Below are positions 9,902 through 19,219 of a stretch of 64,000 nucleotides of DNA, one piece after another. The translations under genes were made by a program, and so were the position numbers. The DNA comes from an uncultured virus (IMG/VR IMGVR_UViG_3300044613_002265). Lineage: Duplodnaviria; Heunggongvirae; Uroviricota; Caudoviricetes. The stretch is taken from the IMG/VR virus record IMGVR_UViG_3300044613_002265; one strand, written 5' to 3'. Under the pieces are notes generated by a model that was not told the DNA's origin, did not search any database, and saw nothing but the letters and a program-made list of their open reading frames with translations. Numbering within the stretch: position 1 is the stretch's first letter; every line of letters starts with the position of its first letter.

Positions 9902-10251
9902 GCCTCGCACTCCTTGATCTGGATGTAGAGACGCTCCGGCGCCTTCGCGAAGTACTTGAAGAGCGCCGGGCAGAGCCATCCATGAACTCCACCCAGGTCA
10001 TCGCACGCATACCAGTTGCCGCCGTACTCCGGCCCAACGAGCCGGAACGACGTCTGATGTCCAGGGAACTTCTCGTCCGAGAACACCAGCGTGAACTGCT
10101 CTGAGCAGCCTGGGACTCGTTCCGCCAGGGAGCCCAGCACCGAATCCGCACCGGCGACGAACGGCTCCTTGACGAGCCCCACGGCGGGGTCGTCGAACAC
10201 GAGGGAGCCGTTGTCCCAGTAGGGATGGATCACACGAATCGAGTTCTTCAT
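9898..10251 (-). CDS. Conserved-type hypothetical phage protein (DUF6717-like)
   Basis: VFDDPAVGLVKEPFVAGAD...GGNWY...GWLCPALFKYF. Confidence 0.65.
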   Translation of the reverse strand: MKNSIRVIHPYWDNGSLVFDDPAVGLVKEPFVAGADSVLGSLAERVPGCSEQFTLVFSDEKFPGHQTSFRLVGPEYGGNWYACDDLGGVHGWLCPALFKYFAKAPERLYIQIKECEA

Positions 10252-10643
10252 TCGTCGTCTCCTTCTTCTTTGAGGGCCTCATCGAACACTGCTTGGGCGT
10301 GGCCGTGATACCACTCAGCCACCTTCTGCTCGATGTAGCAGTAGATAGCCGTCATGCCATGGTTCTCGCGGGGATTCGTGCCGATCCCGACGGTCTCGTA
10401 CGCCTCCTCCAAGTCTTGGCCGTGCAAGTACCACGTCGCCTCGATCTCGCTCGTCCGGAACGGCACCGATCCGTCGATGATCGAGTGAACGTCTCCCGAG
10501 TAGTCGAGGTCGTTGTGCAGGCACGGCAGGTCTTCGGGCTCCTCGCGTCGAACGTAAGACTTGAGCAAGTCTCGAACTTCGTCGATCGCCGAGTCGACAC
10601 GCTCTTGCAGCGTGTCTTCGATCTCGATGGTGATCTTGGGCAT
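10248..10643 (-). CDS. Acidic Ocr-like (T7 gp0.3-like) DNA-mimic candidate
   Basis: Very D/E-rich; DVHSIIDGSVP resembles Ocr AIHMAADNAVP; acidic C-terminus. Confidence 0.5.
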   Translation of the reverse strand: MPKITIEIEDTLQERVDSAIDEVRDLLKSYVRREEPEDLPCLHNDLDYSGDVHSIIDGSVPFRTSEIEATWYLHGQDLEEAYETVGIGTNPRENHGMTAIYCYIEQKVAEWYHGHAQAVFDEALKEEGDDE

Positions 10644-10645
10644 GG

Positions 10646-11230
10646 TCAGACTTCCTCCTTCTTGGTTTCAAAGTCACGGATCACTCGATACACGGTCCCG
10701 GCCGAGACGCTAAACTTCTCGGCGATCTCCTCGATGCCGACGCCTTCGTCGAACCGCAGGATCGCCATCTGGAGTCGATCGTCCTCGCTTGTTCTCCGAT
10801 GCTGCCATCCACGGCCCTTGACGAGTCGTCGGCCCTTCAGCGCACCGCTGGCCTCGGCGATCAGCGTTTCGCTTCGCGGCGGCAGCGAGTCTGATCGCCG
10901 CTTGAGCCGAGACAGCAGCCGCCACGACTCGGCCGACGCCGAACGTCGGCCCGAAGCCCAGTTAGCCACGGCGCCTCCGGTCACGCCAACGAGGGCGCCG
11001 ATGCGGTCCAGGCTGATGCCGTGCCGCTCACGGATCGACTCGACTACACGGCGAATGTCATTGGCCTCGTCCGTCTTCGGCTTCGCTTTCACTTCAGCGA
11101 CAGGGGCTTGCTGCTCTTCCTTGCGGAAGACCGAAAACCCTGCCTCCTTGAGGCGTTCGAGGTCTCGCAGCACTTCCGGCTGCGACTTCCGATCGAACTT
11201 GATTTCGCGAGACACAACAATCGTTTCCAT
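10646..11230 (-). CDS. Transcriptional regulator with XRE-type HTH and a second C-terminal HTH
   Basis: RERHGISLDRIGALVGVTGGAVANWASG; IEEIAEKFSVSAGTVYRVI. Confidence 0.8.
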   Translation of the reverse strand: METIVVSREIKFDRKSQPEVLRDLERLKEAGFSVFRKEEQQAPVAEVKAKPKTDEANDIRRVVESIRERHGISLDRIGALVGVTGGAVANWASGRRSASAESWRLLSRLKRRSDSLPPRSETLIAEASGALKGRRLVKGRGWQHRRTSEDDRLQMAILRFDEGVGIEEIAEKFSVSAGTVYRVIRDFETKKEEV

Positions 11231-11256
11231 GGTCAAGATTCCTTTCTTCTTGGTTG

Positions 11257-11724
11257 TCAGACGGGCCACACGTACGGAAGATCAGCGGGCTCGGACCACC
11301 CGAACCGCGAGTAATGCTCCGGCAGTTTCCGGAGAAGGTTGGAGCGATGGCTGGCATGGAACTCAGGGAGCCCCAGCCACCCAGGAAGACCGGCGACGCT
11401 GCTCGGCGCGATGTCGGCGTAGGTCAGGCGAATCCACTCGCTGGCCTCAACGAACTGCGAGGTTAGTGTGTCCTGAAAACCCCGCGCGACCCACTCGTCG
11501 CAGACGGCGATCGCGTAGTGGGCCAGGGCACGCTCGAAGCCGTACCAGGCCTTGACGGCGGGATGATTCTTCCAGCGGCTCGCCGGGTTGCCGTCGTGCT
11601 GGCCGACGGGCACGCCGAGAGCGATGAGGATTTGCTTGGCCTCGACTCGCTGCTTGCCGAGACGACGGTCGTCGAGGCAGCGGGCCGAGTCGCGAAACGA
11701 TGGCAGGGGCAGGAATGTTTGCAT
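11257..11724 (-). CDS. Pyrimidine-dimer DNA glycosylase / endonuclease V-like protein (MSMEG_6728 family)
   Basis: MQTFLP...LDDRRLGKQRVEAKQI...WKNHPAVKAW...HASHRSNLLRK...LPYVWPV. Confidence 0.88.
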   Translation of the reverse strand: MQTFLPLPSFRDSARCLDDRRLGKQRVEAKQILIALGVPVGQHDGNPASRWKNHPAVKAWYGFERALAHYAIAVCDEWVARGFQDTLTSQFVEASEWIRLTYADIAPSSVAGLPGWLGLPEFHASHRSNLLRKLPEHYSRFGWSEPADLPYVWPV

Positions 11725-11777
11725 TGCTTTGCGTCTCCTTGTGTTGCGTAGTGTTGCGTATCCGTACAACTGTGCGA

Positions 11778-11830
11778 ACTATCGGGAATGGTTGCGAGAT
11801 CGTCAAGGGGTCGTTCGTGCGTATGACAGA
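11778..11830 (-). promoter_or_regulatory. Early promoter cassette copy 1 (TTGACG-17-GATAGT, upstream TCTGTCATA box)
   Basis: Same architecture as six other copies. Confidence 0.6.
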
Positions 11831-12051
11831 ACTGCGAGAGCCTCGCGAACGAGACGCTCGGTTTGCTCGTGCCTCTGCTGCCGCATCTCCGCGAAGCCGG
11901 TGTACTTTCCGCTCAGGTCGCAGTACGCGATGCTCTCGTTCGCCTTGTCGACGAGGCGGCGAACCTTGATCGCCTCGTTGGCGAGCAACTTCGCGACGAG
12001 GTCGGCCTGGGCTGGCGTGAGCGTGATGGTGACTGGCTGGCGATCGTTCAT
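11803..12051 (-). CDS. Hypothetical protein
   Basis: GGAGGAG ahead of MNDRQPV. Confidence 0.55.
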   Translation of the reverse strand: MNDRQPVTITLTPAQADLVAKLLANEAIKVRRLVDKANESIAYCDLSGKYTGFAEMRQQRHEQTERLVREALAVLSYARTTP

Positions 12052-12112
12052 GGCTCCTCCGTAGCGTGGCAAGTGGTAGCGTGTCCGTACAAAATCTGTC
12101 AAGGTGCGTTCT

Positions 12113-12334
12113 TCACGCCTTATCTCCCAGCGAGGCCAGCACGTCTTCCAACTTGTCCCGCAGTTCTTCCGCCGCCGCGAGCCTCGCGTTGAACTCGTCT
12201 CGCCGCTCCGGCTCGATGTCGTAGATCGCGTCGTTGCCGTTGTCGATGTACTGCTGAATCGCCTCCAGCGCGGCCCAGAACTTGGCGTGCGTCGTGAGGC
12301 CCAGGTACACGCCTGAGTAGTCGCGGGTGGTCAT
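12113..12334 (-). CDS. Hypothetical protein
   Basis: MTTRDYSGVYLG..., coupled to the upstream small ORF. Confidence 0.5.
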   Translation of the reverse strand: MTTRDYSGVYLGLTTHAKFWAALEAIQQYIDNGNDAIYDIEPERRDEFNARLAAAEELRDKLEDVLASLGDKA

Positions 12335-12507
12335 GGGTAGGTGTCTCCGTTGATGTTCACCAACTGGTCGTCCAGCACGTACCACTCCTGGCCGGGGTAG
12401 TTCTCCTCGGCGTATGCGTTGGCTGCTTCGTCGTCCACGGCCGTGAAGGTCTCTGCGATGTCCCAGTCTCCTGCGGCAGTCACGAACGCGATTCTGTACT
12501 CTTTCAT
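12331..12507 (-). CDS. Small acidic hypothetical protein
   Basis: Read by hand: MKEYRIAFVTAAGDWDIAETFTAVDDEAANAYAEENYPGQEWYVLDDQLVNINGDTYP; GGAG upstream; below the ORF-track cutoff. Confidence 0.55.
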   Translation of the reverse strand: MKEYRIAFVTAAGDWDIAETFTAVDDEAANAYAEENYPGQEWYVLDDQLVNINGDTYP

Positions 12508-12549
12508 GGCTCAAGTCTCCCAATGATTGGTGCAAGTCTAGGTCAAGTC

Positions 12550-13023
12550 TCACGAAACTCGAACGGCATCTCCGCTGGCGAGCAGCGACTCGGCGTCGCC
12601 GTACTCGCTCTTCGTCCAGTGCGTGTTGCGGCCCTGGTTGTAGGTGATCTCCTCGCGAATCTCGCACCACAGGCCGTGGCCTGGGAAGTCGATCCACTGC
12701 ACGACGCACGTACTCCGGCTCACCGGGCCGTAGCACGGCAGCGAGGCAATGTAGTCGATACTGTCCTTGATGCCCTTCGTAGTGGTGTCGAACTCGACGA
12801 TGCACTGCGACTCCGCTCGGCGAACGGGCTGCTGGCTTTCCGTGAGCCGAACCCTCCACAGCCACCGGCGTCCGTTCTTCTGGCGGGACACCACTTCCGC
12901 AGTCACGTAGCGGTTCTGCCAGTAGTGCGGGTACGTGGTGCCGATCTCGATCTTGGTCTTGGTCTTCACGATTGGGTCTCCTTTGTGTGTGCGTGTCCAA
13001 ACGATTCTTCGAGCCTCAGACAA
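12550..13023 (-). CDS. Hypothetical protein (start may be the internal GTG near 12969)
   Basis: Operon packing; AAAGGAG before VKTKTK. Confidence 0.5.
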   Translation of the reverse strand: MSEARRIVWTRTHKGDPIVKTKTKIEIGTTYPHYWQNRYVTAEVVSRQKNGRRWLWRVRLTESQQPVRRAESQCIVEFDTTTKGIKDSIDYIASLPCYGPVSRSTCVVQWIDFPGHGLWCEIREEITYNQGRNTHWTKSEYGDAESLLASGDAVRVS

Positions 13024-13350
13024 CTCTCCGCGCGACGGTGCCGTCGGTCACGAACCCGCCACGCACGACCCGATACACGTCCGTGGCCTGCTTCTTGGTG
13101 AAGCCGTTCTTGATGATGGGCGAGCCCTCCCGCCCTATTGCCTGGAGTTCGCTCGCCACTGCGTCCGGGTACGGCCGCACGGTCGCGGTCGTGGCCCAGT
13201 AAGGGTCGCGGCCCCCGCCGTTCTGGCCCTTGACCGTCCGGAAGACGATCAAGGCCGGAGCCCCGTCGAGCGTCGTGATGCAGCCGCAGTAGTAGCCGCC
13301 GTCTGGGTGCCTGTGGAACTTTCCGTCGGGATTGATGGTTGCGCTGTTCA
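13016..13350 (-). CDS. Hypothetical protein
   Basis: VNSATINPDGKFHRHPDGGYYCG... Confidence 0.5.
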
Positions 13351-13466
13351 CTTGGCCTTCTCCGTCACCGCGAGGCTCACGCCCCGCTTGGCCTGCGTTG
13401 CCGAACTCGCGACCGTCGCGAGTTTCAGGATCGAGTTGATCTCTGTGGTTGCGAACGGATGGTCTC

Positions 13467-13742
13467 CTAGTTCGAGTAGACAACTTCGACCGGCAGCGTC
13501 ACGGCGCCGGTGGGTTTGGGGCCCCACTTCACGAACCACTCCGGCAGCGAGTCTGCCGACACGAGAACGAACCCGCTCTCCTTCTCGAACTTGCGAGACC
13601 ACGCGACCGCGTCTTCGAGCGTCTCGAATCCACGGAGGCCAGACAGCAGCCGATGCAAAAACCCAGCCCCGCATTGCACGGCGGCGTAAGGTCGAGCCTG
13701 ACTCAGGTCTGGCCGGAACGAGATGTAAAAGTGTGACTTCAC
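13467..13742 (-). CDS. Hypothetical protein
   Basis: GGGAG before VKSHFYISF. Confidence 0.5.
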   Translation of the reverse strand: MKSHFYISFRPDLSQARPYAAVQCGAGFLHRLLSGLRGFETLEDAVAWSRKFEKESGFVLVSADSLPEWFVKWGPKPTGAVTLPVEVVYSN

Positions 13743-13793
13743 GGCATGGCTCCCTTGCTTGTGTGTGTGTCCGAACAAGTCTGCAAGTCTCGG

Positions 13794-14075
13794 TCAGGCG
13801 ATCGACTGGTCGACAGCCCTCGCGCGGTTCAACTCGGCGACGTCTCGCACCGCAGCCCACTTCGCGGCGACGGCGGCCCAGGCCTTGGGCTTGCTCCGGA
13901 ACAGGCTGCTATCTCCCTTGTATCGGTCCCTGCCGCTCAGTTCGTGGCCGCCCAGGGACTCGACGATGTACTCCGCGCCGATCCAGCCCGTGACGCTCAC
14001 GATCTTGCACTCGACGACGGCCGTCCTGTCGTTCACGAGGGCGAACACGTTTTCACCGACTTGAAAATCGCTCAT
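13794..14075 (-). CDS. Hypothetical protein
   Basis: AAGGAG SD; directly downstream of promoter copy 2. Confidence 0.6.
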   Translation of the reverse strand: MSDFQVGENVFALVNDRTAVVECKIVSVTGWIGAEYIVESLGGHELSGRDRYKGDSSLFRSKPKAWAAVAAKWAAVRDVAELNRARAVDQSIA

Positions 14076-14121
14076 GGGTTTCTGCTCCTTGGGCTTGCGT
14101 CTCGTTCGACCGTCTGCCTAG

Positions 14122-14173
14122 ATCATATGCGACATGCGTAGTGAAGTCAAGCGGACGGTCAGCCTATGACACA
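14122..14173 (-). promoter_or_regulatory. Early promoter cassette copy 2 (TTGACT-17-TATGAT, TGTGTCATA box)
   Basis: Near-consensus sigma70 elements; leader almost identical to copy 3. Confidence 0.75.
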
Positions 14174-14179
14174 AGACAT

Positions 14180-14440
14180 TCATTTCCTGGCTGCTTCGAT
14201 CGCCCTGACAGTCGCCGCTGCGGATTTGCAGATGCCACGGTTCTCGGAACCCCACTCGCCGAACTGGTCTTCGTCCGAATAGTGCCGGGCGTCGTCGAGC
14301 AGTTCGTCGAGGCCGGGGTCGTCGGGCCGCAGCCAGACGAATCGGCTCGACTGCTTCACGGGCTCGCAGAACGGCTCGCAGCCGCGCTCGTCGTGGTCGT
14401 GGTAGAACTTCGCAGGGACGCGGATCAGTTTGTCGGTCAC
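14180..14440 (-). CDS. Hypothetical protein
   Basis: AGGAG before VTTVTDKLIRVP. Confidence 0.55.
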   Translation of the reverse strand: MTDKLIRVPAKFYHDHDERGCEPFCEPVKQSSRFVWLRPDDPGLDELLDDARHYSDEDQFGEWGSENRGICKSAAATVRAIEAARK

Positions 14441-14475
14441 GGTCGTGACTCCTGTAGGTGATGATGTCCAGACAA

Positions 14476-14718
14476 TCAGCCGTCCACGATCGACGACACC
14501 CAGCCCATGCCGTGCGAGCCGACTCGCACCAGCGGCGTGCTGCCATCTCTGGCCGCAGTCGTGATGTAGCCCATCTCGTAGCACTTGCTCCACGTTCTGC
14601 CTGCGATGCCGTCGGGCCGCTTGCAGCAGTTGGCTCCAAGCCGCTTGCACTCCGAGTGAACCTTGCCAATTGCAGTCAACTGCGCCCTGCTCGGCCGTGC
14701 CGTCTTTTTGTGTCTCAT
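14476..14718 (-). CDS. Hypothetical protein
   Basis: AAGGAG before MRHKKTARP; follows promoter copy 3. Confidence 0.55.
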   Translation of the reverse strand: MRHKKTARPSRAQLTAIGKVHSECKRLGANCCKRPDGIAGRTWSKCYEMGYITTAARDGSTPLVRVGSHGMGWVSSIVDG

Positions 14719-14763
14719 CGTCCTGTCTCCTTGGGCTTGCGTCTCGTTCAACCGTCTGCCTAG

Positions 14764-14816
14764 ATCATATGCGTTATCCGCAGTGATGTCAAGAGCCCGG
14801 CATGGGCTATGACACA
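14764..14816 (-). promoter_or_regulatory. Early promoter cassette copy 3 (TTGACA-17-TATGAT, TGTGTCATA box)
   Basis: Consensus -35 with 17-bp spacer. Confidence 0.78.
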
Positions 14817-14822
14817 GGGCCT

Positions 14823-15773
14823 TCACTTCCTCCGGACGATGGCGCCGGGGCACGTCGCCGCGACGGTCGCCGCCTCGGTCTTGTTCTCGAAGATCGCCTT
14901 CTTCGTGGCCGGGCCCCAGCCAGCGCCGGTCCAGCATTTATAGTCGGCGTTCTCCACGTAGAACAGCGGCTTGCGGTGCGGGCGAATCTTGCCCGTCGAG
15001 GTCTTGCGGCTGGCCTCGCCGCAGCACGGGCAGACATGCCAGTACGTGTACCCAGGCCTGGCGTCCTTCACGCCCTGCTGGCCTGAGCCTGGGCACTGCA
15101 ACGCAGCCTTGGCGACAGCCTTGTCTGCGGCCTCCAGGCGGGCCCTCTTGAAGGCCTCGCAGCCCTCCTCGCGGAGAGCGAGGGCGAGCCTCGCCGAGAT
15201 GCGGGCTTGCTCCGTGGACTCGACGGGGGCGTCGGGGAAGCAGACCGAACACAGGGCGGGCCCCAGGTCCGCGACGGCCTCGGCAACGGGCTTGCCGCTC
15301 AGGTAGGCGGCCAGCGCGAACCCGGTCGCGTTGCGGCCCTTGTTGCACGTCGAGCAGCCCCGGCTGGCGTGGATATGACCGTCGCTCGACGTCACGAGCC
15401 AGTACCGCGACCAGGGCCGCGACTGGTACTCCGTCTCGCACTCTTCGCAGGAATCCCAGGCCTCGGCGGCCTTGTCCTTGGCCTGCTCCCAGGCGGCGAT
15501 CTCCCTGGCGGCGCCAGAGGCATTGCGGCCCCGCAGCACGGCGACGAGGTCGGTCAGCGAGATGCTCGCCTGGGCCAGTTCACCGAACGACGCCTTGGAG
15601 TCGAGCGTCGAATCGGGATGCAGAAACCACTGCTTGCTGTGAGCGTAGACCTTGTGGGCGAAGGCGTAGAGGAGACGGTCGCAGGCGTAGCCGAACTGAC
15701 GCTGTGCGACGTCGGCCGCCGCGAGGCGGGCGAGGTACAGGACGTCGACTTCGACGGGGCTCAGGTTGTTCAT
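14823..15773 (-). CDS. Hypothetical protein with Zn-binding motifs
   Basis: GHIHASRGCSTC...LCSVCFPDAP; CPGSG...CPCCG...IRPH. Confidence 0.7.
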   Translation of the reverse strand: MNNLSPVEVDVLYLARLAAADVAQRQFGYACDRLLYAFAHKVYAHSKQWFLHPDSTLDSKASFGELAQASISLTDLVAVLRGRNASGAAREIAAWEQAKDKAAEAWDSCEECETEYQSRPWSRYWLVTSSDGHIHASRGCSTCNKGRNATGFALAAYLSGKPVAEAVADLGPALCSVCFPDAPVESTEQARISARLALALREEGCEAFKRARLEAADKAVAKAALQCPGSGQQGVKDARPGYTYWHVCPCCGEASRKTSTGKIRPHRKPLFYVENADYKCWTGAGWGPATKKAIFENKTEAATVAATCPGAIVRRK

Positions 15774-15818
15774 GTCTTGGCTCCTTTGGCGACGGGCGTC
15801 GTTCACTCGTCTGCGACA

Positions 15819-15870
15819 AGTATCGCTGATATCCGGAGTGAAGTCAAGGAAAATCTTTCCGTATGACACA
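15819..15870 (-). promoter_or_regulatory. Early promoter cassette copy 4 (TTGACT-17-GATACT, TGTGTCATA box)
   Basis: About 50 bp nearly identical to copy 5. Confidence 0.75.
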
Positions 15871-15991
15871 CCCTGAAAACACGGGAAAAACAGGGGTTTT
15901 TGAGGCCTTTTTTCAGCCCGCCTGCCTGGACAGTCTGGACAGGACGGCCGCCGCCTTGGCCGCCGTCAGTCAGTCCTGGGAAGTCTCTCCT

Positions 15992-16423
15992 TCACTCAAC
16001 CGGGGCTGAATCGTAGGCGTCGATAACGTCCTGCACCGTCAACTTGCCGCTGTTGAGCAGATGCTTCACGGCGTACTCGCACAGACAGCCGACAGAGATT
16101 CCGCACTCGGCAGCGGCCTCCTTGAGGGTCTGCGGCCCACGATCGTCGCGGGGGTCAAGTTTCGCGAAGGCCTCGGCGAGGTCTGGCGGCAGAAACCCAG
16201 CCCCGTCGGTGCGGTACTCCGTCGTCTGCTGCACCTTCTCGACGCCGTCGATCACGTACTTCTGCTCGTAGTCCACGGCGTGAACGACGACCCCGGCGCC
16301 GAACTTCCTCACGCCCCGGAGCCCGTACTTGCACCGCTTGTCGTGGTGCGGATTGGGCACGTCCTGCGGCAGCGTGAAAAACCGGCTCGTGACAGCCTCG
16401 CGAGGTCCGATGTCGATTCCCAT
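15992..16423 (-). CDS. Hypothetical protein
   Basis: AAGGAG SD; coding composition. Confidence 0.6.
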   Translation of the reverse strand: MGIDIGPREAVTSRFFTLPQDVPNPHHDKRCKYGLRGVRKFGAGVVVHAVDYEQKYVIDGVEKVQQTTEYRTDGAGFLPPDLAEAFAKLDPRDDRGPQTLKEAAAECGISVGCLCEYAVKHLLNSGKLTVQDVIDAYDSAPVE

Positions 16424-16473
16424 GTCTCAAGTCTCCTTGTCTCGGGGTGAAGGGGTGTCTGTGTCCGTACAAC

Positions 16474-17289
16474 TCAAGCCGGAACGGGCTTGTCGAGGGT
16501 CGCGTTCGTCGGCCGCGAGAACGTCACGAATCCGACTTCCTTGGGCTTGATCGTCGCCGTCAGGGTGACCCGGTCGCCCCTGGCGACCGTGTCGGCGATC
16601 GAGGCAGGAGCCGTCCCGAAGGCCTTGAAGCCGTCGCACCGGACGAGAATCTTGATCGTCGTGGTCAGGCGGTGTCCGTACGACTGGGAGTACGCCTTGA
16701 CCGCCAGCACTTCGCCGGTGATCTCCCGCCGCCCCGGCTCGACGGCGACAGCCGTCTCGGCCTCGATAGCGGCCTTCGTGGCCCGCTCCGTGATCTTGGC
16801 CCGGACGGACGAGACTAGCGAGACTTGCTTGTCCGAGAGCCTGTACCGGCGTGCCTTGTGGACGATGTCGGCAGCGAACTGAGATTCCCAGGCTGTCGAG
16901 AACCGTGGGACGTCGGGCCACGTCGCCTTGGGCTCGTCACCGGGAACGAAGTTCACGAACTGGGCGAACTCGGCCAGGGCCGGGCAGGCTTCGAGGTTCG
17001 CGTTCCAGGCGGCGGCGATCGAGGCTTTCTCCGCAGCGGCCTTGGCCTCGCGGCGAGCCTTGGCGGCCTCGTGCTTGCCGTCGAGGAAGCCCTGGCACTG
17101 CTCGTCGGTCCAGGCCTGCGGGAATGCCCAGTCCCGGTGCGTCGGGTCTTGACGGTGTCCACGGCACCGGAAGCACACGCCGCCCTCGACGACGCTGTGA
17201 ACGTAGCCGCCGCCACCGCAGCGGATGCACGGGCACGCGGCCTGCTTGGCGGGCTTGGTCAGGTTGGCGAAGCGGTGGAAGGTGGTCAT
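16474..17289 (-). CDS. Hypothetical protein: N-terminal DnaJ-like CxxCxGxG finger and C-terminal OB-fold-like region
   Basis: CIRCGGGG...CFRCRG; ITGEVLAVK...GDRVTLTATIKP. Confidence 0.65.
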   Translation of the reverse strand: MTTFHRFANLTKPAKQAACPCIRCGGGGYVHSVVEGGVCFRCRGHRQDPTHRDWAFPQAWTDEQCQGFLDGKHEAAKARREAKAAAEKASIAAAWNANLEACPALAEFAQFVNFVPGDEPKATWPDVPRFSTAWESQFAADIVHKARRYRLSDKQVSLVSSVRAKITERATKAAIEAETAVAVEPGRREITGEVLAVKAYSQSYGHRLTTTIKILVRCDGFKAFGTAPASIADTVARGDRVTLTATIKPKEVGFVTFSRPTNATLDKPVPA

Positions 17290-17333
17290 GGCGGGCTCCT
17301 GTGGTCAGTGACGTCGTTCACTCGTCTGCGACA

Positions 17334-17386
17334 AGTATCGCCGATATCCGGAGTGAAGTCAAGTGAAAAATGGGGGTTATGACACA
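17334..17386 (-). promoter_or_regulatory. Early promoter cassette copy 5 (TTGACT-17-GATACT, TGTGTCATA box)
   Basis: Repeat of copy 4. Confidence 0.75.
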
Positions 17387-17406
17387 AGTCAAAAACCCCC
17401 TGTTTT

Positions 17407-17691
17407 TCAGCCGTTGAACTTGTCTGGCATGAATCCCTGCGGAGGCTTGCCTCGTCCCTGGCGGCCCTCCTTGGCGGCCTGGGCCCGCAGGGCGGCCTGG
17501 GTCTTCTTGTAGGTCTTGCACTCTTCGAGGTCGAACGCCAGGGATCGCGGGCCCAGTCGCCACGAACTCAGACGTCCGGTTCGAGCGAGCCACCGGAGGT
17601 TGCTCATCGAGCAGCCGATGACCTTCGCCGCCTCGCGAGTCAGGATCAGTTGCCGTTTGTCGGCCGGTGTCGCTTTCACTTTTTCAGTCAT
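17407..17691 (-). CDS. Excisionase-like HTH_17 DNA-binding protein
   Basis: ILTREAAKVIGCSMSNLRWLARTGRLSSWRLGPRSLAFD. Confidence 0.75.
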   Translation of the reverse strand: MTEKVKATPADKRQLILTREAAKVIGCSMSNLRWLARTGRLSSWRLGPRSLAFDLEECKTYKKTQAALRAQAAKEGRQGRGKPPQGFMPDKFNG

Positions 17692-17947
17692 GGGTCTCGT
17701 CTCCTCGGGGTGAAAGTCTCGATCGCAGTGATGATTCGATGATCCAGATGTCTCGATCCACGTATGGATCGCCTGCATGTTTCCTCAGCGCCGCCAGCAC
17801 TTGCTTGGCGACTCGGAGGTTCTTCACGTAGCAGCATCGGCCAGTCTCGCCGGGGCGAGGCATGACGTCGGGCTCGGGCAAGTCTCCTCGCACCTTCTCC
17901 CAGGCCTGGAGCGATAGTTCAGTCTTGTGGTGGGTGTCGTCGTTCAC
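17684..17947 (-). CDS. Hypothetical protein
   Basis: Overlap-coupled operon. Confidence 0.5.
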   Translation of the reverse strand: MNDDTHHKTELSLQAWEKVRGDLPEPDVMPRPGETGRCCYVKNLRVAKQVLAALRKHAGDPYVDRDIWIIESSLRSRLSPRGDETHD

Positions 17948-18165
17948 GAGATGACCTCCCAGCCGATGCAGGCAAAGGCTCGCCGCGTCTCAAGCACGTC
18001 CGGATCGCCAGCGTCGCCGACGACGAGCGTCAACGTCTGCGACGACTTGTCGACGCGAAACGCGACGCCAGACCGTGGGACCATCCATACGCCTCCGTCG
18101 TTCAGTGAGTCGACGACCCACTGGCACCAGTCTAGCGTTGATTGCGGATATGAAAAAGCGACCAT
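17944..18165 (-). CDS. Hypothetical protein
   Basis: Overlap-coupled; DGGVWMVPRSG. Confidence 0.55.
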   Translation of the reverse strand: MVAFSYPQSTLDWCQWVVDSLNDGGVWMVPRSGVAFRVDKSSQTLTLVVGDAGDPDVLETRRAFACIGWEVIS

Positions 18166-18371
18166 CAGACGTTCCTCCTTCGTTCCTGCTCGAACTGTGT
18201 CGCCATGTCCTCGGCCGTCGCTGGTTTGAGGAGCCTGACAAGATGATGCTCGCCGCAGCCGCAGTAGGCCTTGTCGTCCCCCTTCGTGGAGAACACGACT
18301 TGGCCCGTCGTCGGGCAGTACCCGAACGCCTCGCAGACTGCGCGGAAGTAGTTGCTCAACTCAGCGGACAT
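18165..18371 (-). CDS. Hypothetical protein
   Basis: Overlap-coupled; Cys/His cluster. Confidence 0.5.
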   Translation of the reverse strand: MSAELSNYFRAVCEAFGYCPTTGQVVFSTKGDDKAYCGCGEHHLVRLLKPATAEDMATQFEQERRRNV

Positions 18372-18766
18372 GGGCGGATGCTCCAGAAGAAGAGGGCTCG
18401 GTCCTCGGTCTCGAACGGCCCGCAGACGATCGAGCCGTTGAGGCAGACGTGCCAGCCGTCGTCCTCGTCGCCGTCGTCGCTGAAGACGAGGACCGGCTGA
18501 TCGTGCTGCGCCTCAAGCAGTTTTCTCCAAGCCGACTCGACGACGTTCCGCAGTTCGCACGGCATGGACTCGACGTCGGCCTTCTTGAGAAACTCCCACG
18601 CCGCCGCGCACAGCCCCGCCGCGTCAGACGCGGTGAGGTCATGCTGGGATTCAAGTTTCGCCCTCGCCGCCCGGATGTGCGGCTCGAACGTCCTGGGGAT
18701 GAGGCTGTTCTTGTCGAGCAAGTCGACGATGGCACGCAGGCTGCTCTTTTCGTTGCCGGTGAACAT
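18356..18766 (-). CDS. Hypothetical protein
   Basis: GAGGAG SD. Confidence 0.55.
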   Translation of the reverse strand: MFTGNEKSSLRAIVDLLDKNSLIPRTFEPHIRAARAKLESQHDLTASDAAGLCAAAWEFLKKADVESMPCELRNVVESAWRKLLEAQHDQPVLVFSDDGDEDDGWHVCLNGSIVCGPFETEDRALFFWSIRPCPLS

Positions 18767-18811
18767 CAGTGCTTCTCCTCATTTGGCGTGTCCAGACAAG
18801 TCTCGTGCCCA

Positions 18812-19219
18812 TCATTCCGTGATGGGCTCGTGGGTGCCGCCGAAGAAACTCGACGGCGGCCGTGGCAGTTGCCGCAGAAACTCCCAGAGCCCCGCGAGCG
18901 TGGTCGTGTAGATGTCCTCGATCTCGATGCGTCCGTCGTCGGGCTGCTCGACCAGGGTCCGGATCACGACGGACTTCGCCGTGACGTGGGCCTCGATTGT
19001 GCATCGCTCGTAGACCGGGTCTTGCACGACGATCGCGAAGTGCGGCTCCTCGTCGGGGTCGTAGTCGCCAGCGTCGGGCTGCGGCCCAGCCCGCTCCTCC
19101 ATGATGGTGTCGTTGAACGGCAGCAGACTCGCGCGAGCCACGACGAGACCCGGTGCGAACTCACGCACGTACTGGAGGCTGTCGTTGATCGAGTCGGCGA
19201 CGGACTTCTTCTTGGTCAC
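18812..19219 (-). CDS. Hypothetical acidic protein
   Basis: AAAGGA before VTKKKSVAD. Confidence 0.55.
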   Translation of the reverse strand: MTKKKSVADSINDSLQYVREFAPGLVVARASLLPFNDTIMEERAGPQPDAGDYDPDEEPHFAIVVQDPVYERCTIEAHVTAKSVVIRTLVEQPDDGRIEIEDIYTTTLAGLWEFLRQLPRPPSSFFGGTHEPITE

